Virus record (IMG/VR): IMGVR_UViG_3300046004_000818
Span: 1-64,000 of that record
Direction: 5' to 3' (one strand)
Length of the DNA: 64,000 bases
Origin: a virus
The notes beneath the pieces were generated by a model. It was not told the origin of the DNA, did no database searches, and was given only the letters and a program-made list of their open reading frames with translations. Position numbers and translations under genes: made by a program. This document shows positions 55,802-64,000 of this stretch, one piece after another; the stretch's first letter is position 1; each line of letters starts with the position of its first letter.

Positions 55802-55805
55802 TACA

Positions 55806-57206
55806 TCAGTTTCGACCATAAAAAACGTCCCGCAAAGATGTTTTTGTCTGCTCCACGGTGTCGGTCAGGTCGATGTTAGCTGCTAGGCGCTTGATGATAC
55901 TGTCTTGGATAGTGCCTTGAGCATCTGCAAACCTCATGGTAGGAGGTACTGTCTGGCCTACCCTATCTATTCGTCCACAGCTTTGACTCATATACAAAGG
56001 AGATGTAGGTATCTCCAAGTGTAAAGATTCTGAGCAAACAAACTGAGGGTTTAGACCTGCGCCAGCACTCTGGTACTGAAACACGCCTATACGCACACTT
56101 GGATCGTTCATGAACTTGTCTACGTTCTTGGCACTATCTACTTCACTGTATGCTCCTACAGCACTATAGCCTAACTCCTTCAGATACTTTAGTACCGAAC
56201 GGCTGGTCATAACGTATATAGTCCAAATGATTAGTTTACTCTTGGTAGGGTCCAAGCATTCTGTCTGCTCAATGGTCATGTCAATCAAGTCGTAGCAGGC
56301 ACTGCGTTTTGTAGGGTCGCCAGCGAAGTGGCCCCAGTTGCATATGATCTGCTGAGCCGCATGGTAGAGCCGAGTAGCAGTGGTTGCGTCTATCTTACTA
56401 CCATCATCCAGCAATAACAACTGTTCTTCCAACAACTTCTCATACAGCTTCATGTGCTCTGGGTCAAGCTCATAACTGGTGTCTGGGTATATAGGTGCCA
56501 ACGAGTAACCATGCACCTCCTTTTTCGTCCTATGCACAGACTTGATTGCAAAGTTCTCAGCAAGCATTGGGAGGTTCTGGTAAGCCTTGATAGAGCCAAA
56601 GAAGTCTCGCTCAGCTACGTGCATTTGCTCAAAGTGAGCATAGCTTCTGTATATTTCAGGACTACGCAACTTGATGAATGTATAGCAGTCTGTGGGCTTA
56701 CTGGTAGGTGTACCTGTTAGCATCTGCAGTCGGCGGTTCTTGCTGAACGTACCTACACATGTATATAGTTTTGACTTAACGTTCTTAATTGACTGTGCTT
56801 CGTCTACTATAAGTTCCACATGAAGACCTTGAAGCTCTGCAAATACACGCTCGAAATCTCTGCGGAAGATATCAGATGACATTAGTACCCAACGCTTATC
56901 AGCAAGAGTCATCTTCTTGCGAATAGGTGGGGTACCTTTGTACATCAGCACACGCTCACTGACACGCTCTAACCACCGTTTCCACCCTAGCAAGAGAATG
57001 GGAGGCATGATTACAACAGTGACCTGTGGCTCACTGATTAAAGATACGGCTGTGGATATGACAGTTTTGCCACACCCAACCTCATAGCGATTCAAACTCT
57101 TGTTCCATTGCAGGAAGGTCTCTACGTCTTGTACCTGCAAATCCTTAAGCGCGAATCCAGCCTTCTCTTCAAATCTGTAGGCTTCGTTAAAAGCTTTGTA
57201 TGTCAT
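55806..57206 (-). CDS. SNF2-like SF2 helicase
   Basis: GCGKT, IVDEAQ, LTGTP, GAGLN, QSCGRIDRVGQ. Confidence 0.9.
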   Translation of the reverse strand: MTYKAFNEAYRFEEKAGFALKDLQVQDVETFLQWNKSLNRYEVGCGKTVISTAVSLISEPQVTVVIMPPILLLGWKRWLERVSERVLMYKGTPPIRKKMTLADKRWVLMSSDIFRRDFERVFAELQGLHVELIVDEAQSIKNVKSKLYTCVGTFSKNRRLQMLTGTPTSKPTDCYTFIKLRSPEIYRSYAHFEQMHVAERDFFGSIKAYQNLPMLAENFAIKSVHRTKKEVHGYSLAPIYPDTSYELDPEHMKLYEKLLEEQLLLLDDGSKIDATTATRLYHAAQQIICNWGHFAGDPTKRSACYDLIDMTIEQTECLDPTKSKLIIWTIYVMTSRSVLKYLKELGYSAVGAYSEVDSAKNVDKFMNDPSVRIGVFQYQSAGAGLNPQFVCSESLHLEIPTSPLYMSQSCGRIDRVGQTVPPTMRFADAQGTIQDSIIKRLAANIDLTDTVEQTKTSLRDVFYGRN

Positions 57207-57466
57207 AGTGGCTTTAGCCCTGCTTCCTCAAGCAGGCTCTCTAGGCTTTGCTGCAGAATCGAACTGACATATGGAATCTGATCCCGACTGAACAATGTCT
57301 GTATATGGTAGTTACCGATACTGATGTGCATTGTGAAGTGACCATCCACAGGTGGTTTGAGTACCCGTTCCAGAAAGTCCAACCTGTCTAGCATCACTAC
57401 TAGCTCTGGTGCCGTACAGCCGCCATGATTGTTGAGTCTGTCGCGCAAATCTTTTGTGTTAGTCAT
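57203..57466 (-). CDS. Hypothetical protein
   Basis: ATGA-coupled ORF. Confidence 0.55.
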   Translation of the reverse strand: MTNTKDLRDRLNNHGGCTAPELVVMLDRLDFLERVLKPPVDGHFTMHISIGNYHIQTLFSRDQIPYVSSILQQSLESLLEEAGLKPL

Positions 57467-57879
57467 ACTGATCTCTCTTCAAGGTTTACACCGGCTTCAG
57501 CTACTGCAAGCAAAACAGTTCTTACAGCAGGAGGTAGACACTTGTTGTCTGTCTCTACCAACCTGTAAAAACCTCTAGGCCGCAGGAAACATAACCAATC
57601 TCCAATAGGCACATCATTTAATACATGGTGTGTATGGGCTTGGTAGTAGGTAAACCTGCCGATGATGCTAGTCTGCTCTGCCACAGTCTCACACTTACCG
57701 CCAACGTCTGCCCATGCAAGGTTGAAGGCTCCGTAGTTCTTGGGAGCTATCAACCCTATGCCTTTCGTCTTGCCTCCTTCCGCTGGCAGGACATACTCGG
57801 TAGGATGTTTTGGTGACCAGTGGTAGTTGGCCAGTCGATCACACATCTTTCTTATCTGTTGAATAGTAGCTTCTTCCAT
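57463..57879 (-). CDS. Hypothetical protein
   Basis: Coupled ORF in the operon. Confidence 0.55.
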   Translation of the reverse strand: MEEATIQQIRKMCDRLANYHWSPKHPTEYVLPAEGGKTKGIGLIAPKNYGAFNLAWADVGGKCETVAEQTSIIGRFTYYQAHTHHVLNDVPIGDWLCFLRPRGFYRLVETDNKCLPPAVRTVLLAVAEAGVNLEERSV

Positions 57880-58208
57880 AACGATGGTCCTTCTTTATTT
57901 TCTCTAGTCGGGACAGTTTCTACTATCTCCGCTGGAGTCAGGTTGACTCCCAGTAAATCCAAGGTCTTTCGTTGCACCTCTAGCGACATTTCTGCACCCA
58001 TCGTACCCCAATTGATGCAGTGCATTAAACGTAACGCACTATAGTCAGCTGTTCGCATGAGGCCGCTGATACCTAGCAGCTTGCCTACCTCATCGACAAC
58101 ACAGATATCGAAATGGTTACCTTGAAACATCTTCTTCAAAGAGATAATGATAGCTGCTTTCTGAAAGCCTGACAGGTCAGGCTCATCCATTAGTTCTGAT
58201 GCGTTCAT
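57852..58208 (-). CDS. Hypothetical protein
   Basis: Coupled ORF; HFDICVVD..L..MHC..W..M. Confidence 0.55.
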   Translation of the reverse strand: MNASELMDEPDLSGFQKAAIIISLKKMFQGNHFDICVVDEVGKLLGISGLMRTADYSALRLMHCINWGTMGAEMSLEVQRKTLDLLGVNLTPAEIVETVPTRENKEGPSLWKKLLFNR

Positions 58209-59062
58209 GCTATATCCTTCCAGCGATAAAAGCGACCATGCCGGGGAACGTCCTTCTCACCTATAGGCAGATGACGGAACGTACACATCTTTCCGATGTA
58301 CTTGTCTTTATTAAGCAACACTTCCCGACGCTGATCGTGATTTAGCTTCCCGGCGCTAATGTTGAAGACCTTAGTACCCATTTGGATTACAAAGCCTCCT
58401 GCCATACCATTGCCTACAAGGTTTTCGGCATGGGTGCTACGGGCTGTACGCCCTAACTCATTGGTAAAAGTAGGGTTATTGTTAGTCATGGCTTCAAATA
58501 CATCGACTACAATACCGTCTGAGTCCAGAAACGGTTTGAACTTCAACATATCCTGCGACTTTGCAGTGGCTCTGCCTTCTTTGTAGAGGGCAGAGCCATT
58601 CCGCAAAATGGCACCCTCATAGCCTAGCTCCAACTGGTCAGCGTAGAACCTATCAAGATCATCTTGACTGTTCAGGATAGTTTGTGGCAGCACCTTGATA
58701 TAAGAGGGCAAGGTCATGCCTAATAAGCGGTTGTACCGATCTGAATATGGTAGTACCTTGTCCATCACATCGAAGGCGTAGAACATAATGTCAGTGATGT
58801 GGCGATCTTCTGTTCTGACCGCTGAGCTAGTTACATGGTATACATCATGTGCAGTGGGGTCACCGCAGATAAACTCACCATCAAGCCCTTGAGTAGCAGC
58901 CATCAGTTCTCGCAACCGGAAGTTGGGGATAGGTTTCAAGCTGCGTGTGACACATGTTCCATACTGCGTCACACCACGGATACCATCTAGCTTTGAACTA
59001 GCAAACTTGGGAAACGTGAGTGGATACTTTGCGTCTGGTTCAGATGCGAGGTTTGGTTTCAT
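58205..59062 (-). CDS. ATP-dependent DNA ligase
   Basis: KLDGIR, LDGE, FYAFD, YEGAILR, LKFKP. Confidence 0.93.
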   Translation of the reverse strand: MKPNLASEPDAKYPLTFPKFASSKLDGIRGVTQYGTCVTRSLKPIPNFRLRELMAATQGLDGEFICGDPTAHDVYHVTSSAVRTEDRHITDIMFYAFDVMDKVLPYSDRYNRLLGMTLPSYIKVLPQTILNSQDDLDRFYADQLELGYEGAILRNGSALYKEGRATAKSQDMLKFKPFLDSDGIVVDVFEAMTNNNPTFTNELGRTARSTHAENLVGNGMAGGFVIQMGTKVFNISAGKLNHDQRREVLLNKDKYIGKMCTFRHLPIGEKDVPRHGRFYRWKDIA

Positions 59063-59292
59063 AGTTTTCCTTGGTTAGTGGTTGCTCGATGCCAGTCTGA
59101 ATCTCTTGGAGCCTCTTTCTTCAATACGGATATTAGTTCGTCAATCTTTTTCTGAGCCTCGTTAACCTTGTTCATGCAATGTGTTTCACGGTTACGGGCC
59201 TCTGACGCAAGCTGCTTCGCATGTCTATGCTCGTCAGTAGCTACCGCGAATGCACAGATAGCTTCATCAAGAAGTTTGTTTAGGCTTTTCAT
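59059..59292 (-). CDS. Hypothetical coiled-coil protein
   Basis: ATGA-coupled to the ligase gene. Confidence 0.55.
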   Translation of the reverse strand: MKSLNKLLDEAICAFAVATDEHRHAKQLASEARNRETHCMNKVNEAQKKIDELISVLKKEAPRDSDWHRATTNQGKL

Positions 59293-59305
59293 TCTCAGTC
59301 CTTAG

Positions 59306-59716
59306 TTAACGATCACCGAAGGCTTGATGATCAAAGTCCATGTCCATAGCGAAGTCAAACTCTTCTTCATCATCAAACTCTTTGGTAGTGAAGTCCACAG
59401 CGTTACGCAGCTTGGAAGGGAGTGCCTTTACAGTCTCAGCTAACGTGGCTTTCCTAGGCTGTAGCTTCAGTCTATCTAGCTGCTTGTACTCGTCCCGGTC
59501 AACCTTGCAGATGATCCACTTGTACTCATAGGGAGCATTAGGATCAAGCCTAGGCGTCTTGTGCACCTGAGTGATAGTGACAATCTTTGTCTCACCTCGG
59601 GCATCTACCACCGCTTGGTCACCCACCTTGAAATCTTCGATGTGGGTCTTGTAGGTGTACTGTTTGCTAGAGCCGGGAAACCTAGCCATTACCGTCGTGT
59701 AGTCTATAGGTAACAT
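59306..59716 (-). CDS. Hypothetical protein
   Basis: AGGAG RBS; KQYTYK..VGD..VV..YKWII motif. Confidence 0.6.
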   Translation of the reverse strand: MLPIDYTTVMARFPGSSKQYTYKTHIEDFKVGDQAVVDARGETKIVTITQVHKTPRLDPNAPYEYKWIICKVDRDEYKQLDRLKLQPRKATLAETVKALPSKLRNAVDFTTKEFDDEEEFDFAMDMDFDHQAFGDR

Positions 59717-59727
59717 AGTACTCTCCT

Positions 59728-59916
59728 TTAGTGATTAGGTAAGCTAACCTCTAGCTGAAGCTTGACAAGCCCTAACTTCACATTGATAGCCCACAGTTCA
59801 AAGAAGCCCATAGTAGTTAGGAAGCTAACATCATAACCCCACTTGTCGTAAGCAAACCATGCCACGAATACTAGCCATAGCATATTACTCCACTCAGCCT
59901 TTATGAGATCTAACAT
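59728..59916 (-). CDS. Small membrane protein
   Basis: Hydrophobic 62-aa ORF with AGGAG upstream. Confidence 0.5.
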   Translation of the reverse strand: MLDLIKAEWSNMLWLVFVAWFAYDKWGYDVSFLTTMGFFELWAINVKLGLVKLQLEVSLPNH

Positions 59917-59920
59917 AATC

Positions 59921-60370
59921 TTACTCCTTTGCTAAATGCGCCGTAGGGTGCTGCACATAATCATCCCCATAGCGAGATGGAAGTGCTAGGAAGTCGTAAG
60001 CCCCACGGCGCGGGGTGCTTACTTTCAACTCATCGCCTTGATAACTACCTTCCGGTACAGTATACTCCTTTTTTGCCGCAATTGTCAAAGTCTTCGATCT
60101 GACATTCTGGCTGGCAAGGAAGTTGAGCATCACCCTGCCCTCGGAAGTTAGTGAGTACTTACTATCAAAGTAAGAAACATGGCCCTCGTGCTCTAGCACA
60201 TCAAGGCACTCACGCTGGAACTCAGTGATACTTAGCATCCGTTTGAGAGGGTGCACCAAGGTATCCCATACCCTGTCTACGGTATAGTTGCCGATAGACA
60301 GGACTAATAGCACCTGTTGCTGAAGCCCACCGGGGAGGTATTCGTTACCTCGCAAATCTAGTTCTGACAT
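59921..60370 (-). CDS. Hypothetical protein, possibly winged-helix
   Basis: LEHEGHV..YSLTSEGR pattern. Confidence 0.5.
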   Translation of the reverse strand: MSELDLRGNEYLPGGLQQQVLLVLSIGNYTVDRVWDTLVHPLKRMLSITEFQRECLDVLEHEGHVSYFDSKYSLTSEGRVMLNFLASQNVRSKTLTIAAKKEYTVPEGSYQGDELKVSTPRRGAYDFLALPSRYGDDYVQHPTAHLAKE

Positions 60371-60371
60371 A

Positions 60372-60665
60372 TCAATCCTTTTTAGTTGTTGGTAGTGGTG
60401 CCCAACCTACCCAAAAGTCATCGTCAGGTTTCCCTGAGTAGTGACCATACTGAGCTACACCACCTCTGCCTTTTAGCTGTACCTTGACACCTCTAGGACA
60501 GGTAGCCATAGGTTGCCAGTGGTACTTAGTATCCACCGCTACAGTATCAGTGGAATCTAGTTTAAACTCCTGACTCATCATTACCCTTCCGTTGTTTTTC
60601 CAACACATTAAGTAGCCACTGCACTTGCTCAGCACTACCTCTTGTCTGGTTTTCAAAGTAGTCAC
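60372..60665 (-). CDS. Hypothetical protein
   Basis: WQPMATCP..GWAPLP phage motif; start uncertain. Confidence 0.5.
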   Translation of the reverse strand: MTTLKTRQEVVLSKCSGYLMCWKNNGRVMMSQEFKLDSTDTVAVDTKYHWQPMATCPRGVKVQLKGRGGVAQYGHYSGKPDDDFWVGWAPLPTTKKD

Positions 60666-60831
60666 ATAAAATACGTAGCCGTTCTATCTCTTCACCAAGC
60701 ATCTTATAACGCTTGGCCTCGACAGACTTGGCCTTGTACTCAGGCGTATCTATCAATTGGGTACATTCAAGCAAGGCCTGAATGTACCATTCTCTAGGTG
60801 TTAGTAGAGGGTTTAGATACACGCTTAGCAT
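60562..60831 (-). CDS. Hypothetical protein
   Basis: ORF with RBS in the early region. Confidence 0.45.
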   Translation of the reverse strand: MLSVYLNPLLTPREWYIQALLECTQLIDTPEYKAKSVEAKRYKMLGEEIERLRILCDYFENQTRGSAEQVQWLLNVLEKQRKGNDESGV

Positions 60832-60890
60832 CTTTCTTCTCCTGCCGCAGCTTGTCTATGGCAAGATTGTGGGCCATGACCTGCAAGCTG

Positions 60891-61259
60891 TTAGCTATTC
60901 GGGGTGATTTCGGGGATGCCTGTCCCGGCGGCTCCAGCCTTGTCCCCATCACCGTCATTATCGTTGTCGCTAGTGTCGGCTGTGTCTTCATCTTCAAGCT
61001 CCGTCAGTTTGTTGATTAACTCATCTGCATAGTAGCTAGCCATTTCTGCTACTAGTGTGCCAGAGATAGGTGACTCCGAGAAACTGCCTCTGGTAATCAG
61101 GGCTTGCATAGCAAGGCTAGCGAAGTGCTGCCTGATAGTTATTCCCGTGTATACCTCACAGAAGCCGGGCGCAATCTTGGTTCCATTGTACCCTTCTATA
61201 TCACGGTCAGTATGGTTATTCTCCAATGTAGATGGATGAATAGGAAAGTCACAGTGCAT
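60891..61259 (-). CDS. Hypothetical phage protein
   Basis: GITIRQHFASLAMQALI..YADEL motif common in phages; acidic tail. Confidence 0.6.
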   Translation of the reverse strand: MHCDFPIHPSTLENNHTDRDIEGYNGTKIAPGFCEVYTGITIRQHFASLAMQALITRGSFSESPISGTLVAEMASYYADELINKLTELEDEDTADTSDNDNDGDGDKAGAAGTGIPEITPNS

Positions 61260-61497
61260 CTTTAACTCCTTTAGAAATGGTGGTCATCCTGAATGCTCCT
61301 AGATCAGTGACCTTCTTCAGCTTACGATTCTCAGCATCCTCAAGCACTTGATAGCCTCTAGCTAACTTTGTACTGAGGGTCTTCACTGGCATTGGTTGGG
61401 CCTTGAACTCAAGACCTGTAGCTTTCATAGCAGTATATAGAAGGTTGCTTAACAATCCTAGCTCTGTAATGTCTAGGTGAACGGCTTGTGTTTTCAT
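61249..61497 (-). CDS. Hypothetical protein (start corrected to 61497)
   Basis: ATG immediately after the previous gene's stop codon. Confidence 0.5.
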   Translation of the reverse strand: MKTQAVHLDITELGLLSNLLYTAMKATGLEFKAQPMPVKTLSTKLARGYQVLEDAENRKLKKVTDLGAFRMTTISKGVKDAL

Positions 61498-61498
61498 G

Positions 61499-61957
61499 TT
61501 AGTCTGATGATGATGAACTGTCTGAACTGCTAGAGCTATCGGAGCTACTAGAACTACTATCACCCCATGAGCCACTGGCTCCGCCTCCACCGAAGTCACC
61601 TCCGCCACCACTACGGATAGGTTCAGGGCTAGGTGTATAGAGGCGATCTGGACCTGACTCTGGAAAGGCATAGCTACACACCGGGTCAGAGCTAGGTTCA
61701 ACTCTTGTAGAAGACCTGAACTCACGGCGATCCACAGCACTATTAGCTTCCCGCTTCTCTAGGGGTACAGCGGGTGGCCTCTTGGGAGGGTAGCTAGGTT
61801 TGTAGTAGCCTGTAACGCTTTTACGCAAGCGTTCTACCTTGGCATTGGCTTCTTCAATAAGCTGAACACAGATAAGGCAGGGCGGTTGAGGCCCATTGAA
61901 GACAAGCCTTTGATAGGTATGTCCTGCACGACAGGTGTGGTTGTAGCCGAAGATCAT
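61499..61957 (-). CDS. Hypothetical protein with Cys/His motif and Gly/Ser-rich tail
   Basis: CRAGH..CLIC; GGGGDFGGGGASGSW followed by poly-Ser. Confidence 0.6.
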   Translation of the reverse strand: MIFGYNHTCRAGHTYQRLVFNGPQPPCLICVQLIEEANAKVERLRKSVTGYYKPSYPPKRPPAVPLEKREANSAVDRREFRSSTRVEPSSDPVCSYAFPESGPDRLYTPSPEPIRSGGGGDFGGGGASGSWGDSSSSSSDSSSSSDSSSSSD

Positions 61958-62163
61958 TTCCAGAGTCTCCTAATGGTTAAAAGATTGTAGGCCATAGTGC
62001 CTAACATACACACTAGCATGACTATACTAATTAGACCTAAAACAAAAAGCCCTAGGATGCCTAGGTATATGTCAAACACTTCTTTAAGCGGGTTGTCGCT
62101 TCCAGTATAGGCAATCAGTAGCAATGCCGTGACAAGGCTAAAGATTAGGAGCCCTATTAACAT
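61954..62163 (-). CDS. Small membrane protein
   Basis: Two TM segments; GGAGG RBS before ATG 62163. Confidence 0.5.
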   Translation of the reverse strand: MLIGLLIFSLVTALLLIAYTGSDNPLKEVFDIYLGILGLFVLGLISIVMLVCMLGTMAYNLLTIRRLWK

Positions 62164-62792
62164 GGCTGGCCTCCAAGGTGTTTTGCAGTTGTGCTTCTTT
62201 GCGGGTAGCTTTATCAGCATCTAACTGAATGTCAACAAAAGGGTTCTTAACCCCGAAGATTTCCTTGACCTTAGCCTCAGAGGGGATAAAAGGTTTCAAG
62301 GCGGCGAGGATAGTTGGATGGATGTGATCGTTGCTCATAGCTTTTTTCCTACAATAAAACTTAGAACAATAAACAGTACAGCGGCGACCATGCAAGCTGT
62401 ACCCATATAAGACCTAAAGCGTGGTGTCAGATTGTGGGATAGGTACACAGCACCCAGGATGAGAAAGAGGTCTACGCTACTCATGGTGTTCCTTTCTGCA
62501 CAAGCGTGCCGCAGCACTTCTGCTGGTCAATCTCGGTGTCTACCTGAAGGACCATTTGTTGTTTCATTTCCGCACCTTCTCTTTCGGTGGAGTCTTGAAC
62601 CACCAGACGTAGCAGACATTGTTAACCTGCTCTTTGTTAGCCTGGATAAAATCCGTTACATCAAATGGGACTGGTTTGGGAGCGTGTTCAAGGCCTAGTC
62701 TGTAGCATAGCCAACCAGTTGAAGCTATTGCATACATAGCTAAGGCTAGCCAAGTGAAAGCATATCGCATCTCTATTCCTTTCAAGAGTGAC

Positions 62793-62820
62793 AAAAAGGC
62801 CCTCCGAAGAGGGCCTTTTT
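62793..62820. terminator. Bidirectional terminator with C(UUCG)G loop
   Basis: AAAAAGGCCCTC-CGAA-GAGGGCCTTTTT. Confidence 0.88.
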
Positions 62821-62839
62821 AGACTAGCTACGCAATAGC

Positions 62840-63112
62840 TTAGGCAGCAGGAGCGTCTGCCACTTTCCACACGCCGACTGCATCAGTACCGTCAGCTTGC
62901 TTGAAGGTACGCACAGAGAATTTGGACTTGTCACCAGAGCGAGCACGGTAGGCAACCAGAGCCGAAGTGATACGGGACTGAGCCTTGGCGCGGTCAATCA
63001 CTTCATTGTCGATGATGGCAGGGCCACCAACAGTCAGGGAGCCGAAGGGGTACTTGCTGGTAACAGCGCGAGTGGTCTTAGGGATAGCGATTTGAACGAG
63101 TTCGATAGACAT
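62840..63112 (-). CDS. Small basic protein, probably highly expressed and DNA-binding
   Basis: SKYPFGSL.VG..KFSVR..VGVWKV; AAGGA RBS; own TATAAT and terminator. Confidence 0.6.
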   Translation of the reverse strand: MSIELVQIAIPKTTRAVTSKYPFGSLTVGGPAIIDNEVIDRAKAQSRITSALVAYRARSGDKSKFSVRTFKQADGTDAVGVWKVADAPAA

Positions 63113-63189
63113 GATAAATTTCCTTTTAGGATGGTTGGTGAGATTCAATTATAAGCACAGAAATACACGAAATACAAAAGTTTTCAGAT

Positions 63190-63426
63190 TTATTTCTTCA
63201 TAGTTGAGTCCTCCGTTGAAAATTGACCTTTCGTGGTCGTGTTGTTGCTCTGTGACAACAGCCGCTCATGTCGAGCGACCATATCAGAGTAGTAGGTAAT
63301 CATCAAGGTAGCGTAAGAGGCGTTAGATTCTACCTCCATGAGCTTACACCGAGCTACAGCTAACTGTCGTTGTGCCACCATCAGGTGGTTGGGAGTGGTT
63401 AACTTATCCCATAGTTTTGTCAGCAT
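63190..63426 (-). CDS. Hypothetical protein
   Basis: ORF in the early region. Confidence 0.5.
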   Translation of the reverse strand: MLTKLWDKLTTPNHLMVAQRQLAVARCKLMEVESNASYATLMITYYSDMVARHERLLSQSNNTTTKGQFSTEDSTMKK

Positions 63427-63428
63427 AT

Positions 63429-63668
63429 CTAGTTCCTCACGATACTGATTGGTTTACCTTCACCCTCTTGAATCAAGTGGATGAAGGTTTGGTTATCCAC
63501 ACTGGCAGAATACTCTAACCAGCCGGGTCGTTGGCAAGCGCGTAGGTCTATAGCTCTACGAGGTGGAGCTTGAACCATCACCTCCTTGGAGCCTACAGGT
63601 ATGTGCTTGATAAGCTCTCCAAGTGCCATCATATCAAGACAGGGGCCGAAGACTTGTATCTTTAACAT
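63429..63668 (-). CDS. Hypothetical protein
   Basis: Coupled ORF in the early region. Confidence 0.5.
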   Translation of the reverse strand: MLKIQVFGPCLDMMALGELIKHIPVGSKEVMVQAPPRRAIDLRACQRPGWLEYSASVDNQTFIHLIQEGEGKPISIVRN

Positions 63669-63892
63669 TTCTCAACCTCCAGCTTATCGTCAGGCTGTAG
63701 TGGGTAGTGGTTATACATAGTACCATCATACCTTCTAAAGGTTACAAGCACAGTTTCTTTCTTGAAAAAGTCTACTCCAGAGCTTACTGTATGCACCTCA
63801 CACAGTTCAGGCATCGCATGAGCACCGTAACCCATATCACAGTTAAGCCGCATGCCGGACTTAAGCTCTTTAGCTTTTATTGTGGTTAACAT
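63662..63892 (-). CDS. Hypothetical protein
   Basis: IKAKELKSGM N-terminus; coupled ORF. Confidence 0.5.
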   Translation of the reverse strand: MLTTIKAKELKSGMRLNCDMGYGAHAMPELCEVHTVSSGVDFFKKETVLVTFRRYDGTMYNHYPLQPDDKLEVEKC

Positions 63893-64000
63893 GCTAGCCC
63901 CAACTCTGCACTCTTGATCTTAGCTTTCGGAGGCTCTATCTTCTGCAACCACGATTGAGCAAAGTCTGCTTCACCTGTCACTATATAGGTGCCAGCGTCA

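Noticed and set aside
61498-61740. Hydrophobic N-terminal extension of the 61249-61740 ORF
   Set aside because: It is an alternative-frame reading of the neighbouring gene's Gly/Ser tail; the likely start is 61497

Overview
The window is about 64 kb of a tailed dsDNA phage genome with siphovirus-type tail genes. No integrase, repressor cassette, tRNA, CRISPR array or reverse transcriptase was seen, so it is probably lytic; sigma54 and NtrC-like sites point to a proteobacterial host. The + strand (930-40502) encodes packaging, head, tail and lysis genes. The - strand (40480-63892) encodes SbcCD-like nuclease, resolvase, ThyX, family A DNA polymerase, dATP/dGTP diphosphohydrolase, dUTPase, exonuclease, SSB, primase-helicase, SNF2 helicase, ATP-dependent ligase and many small early genes. 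Both window ends appear truncated. The most striking unexplained element is the non-coding first ~900 bp: an (ACACCAG)19 array, co-oriented DnaA boxes, 11-bp tandem repeats, a consensus sigma54 site, three NtrC-type palindromes and duplicated palindromes, which together look like an array of host-protein binding sites. Other highlights are two paralogous head-spike cassettes whose divergent domains are joined by DNA-conserved linkers, a split LapG-like (C93) peptidase, two unannotated RHH genes coupled to homing endonucleases, a pseudoknot/switch-like RNA before the primase, and apparent CCWGG avoidance. All family calls come from motif recognition by eye; no database searches were run.
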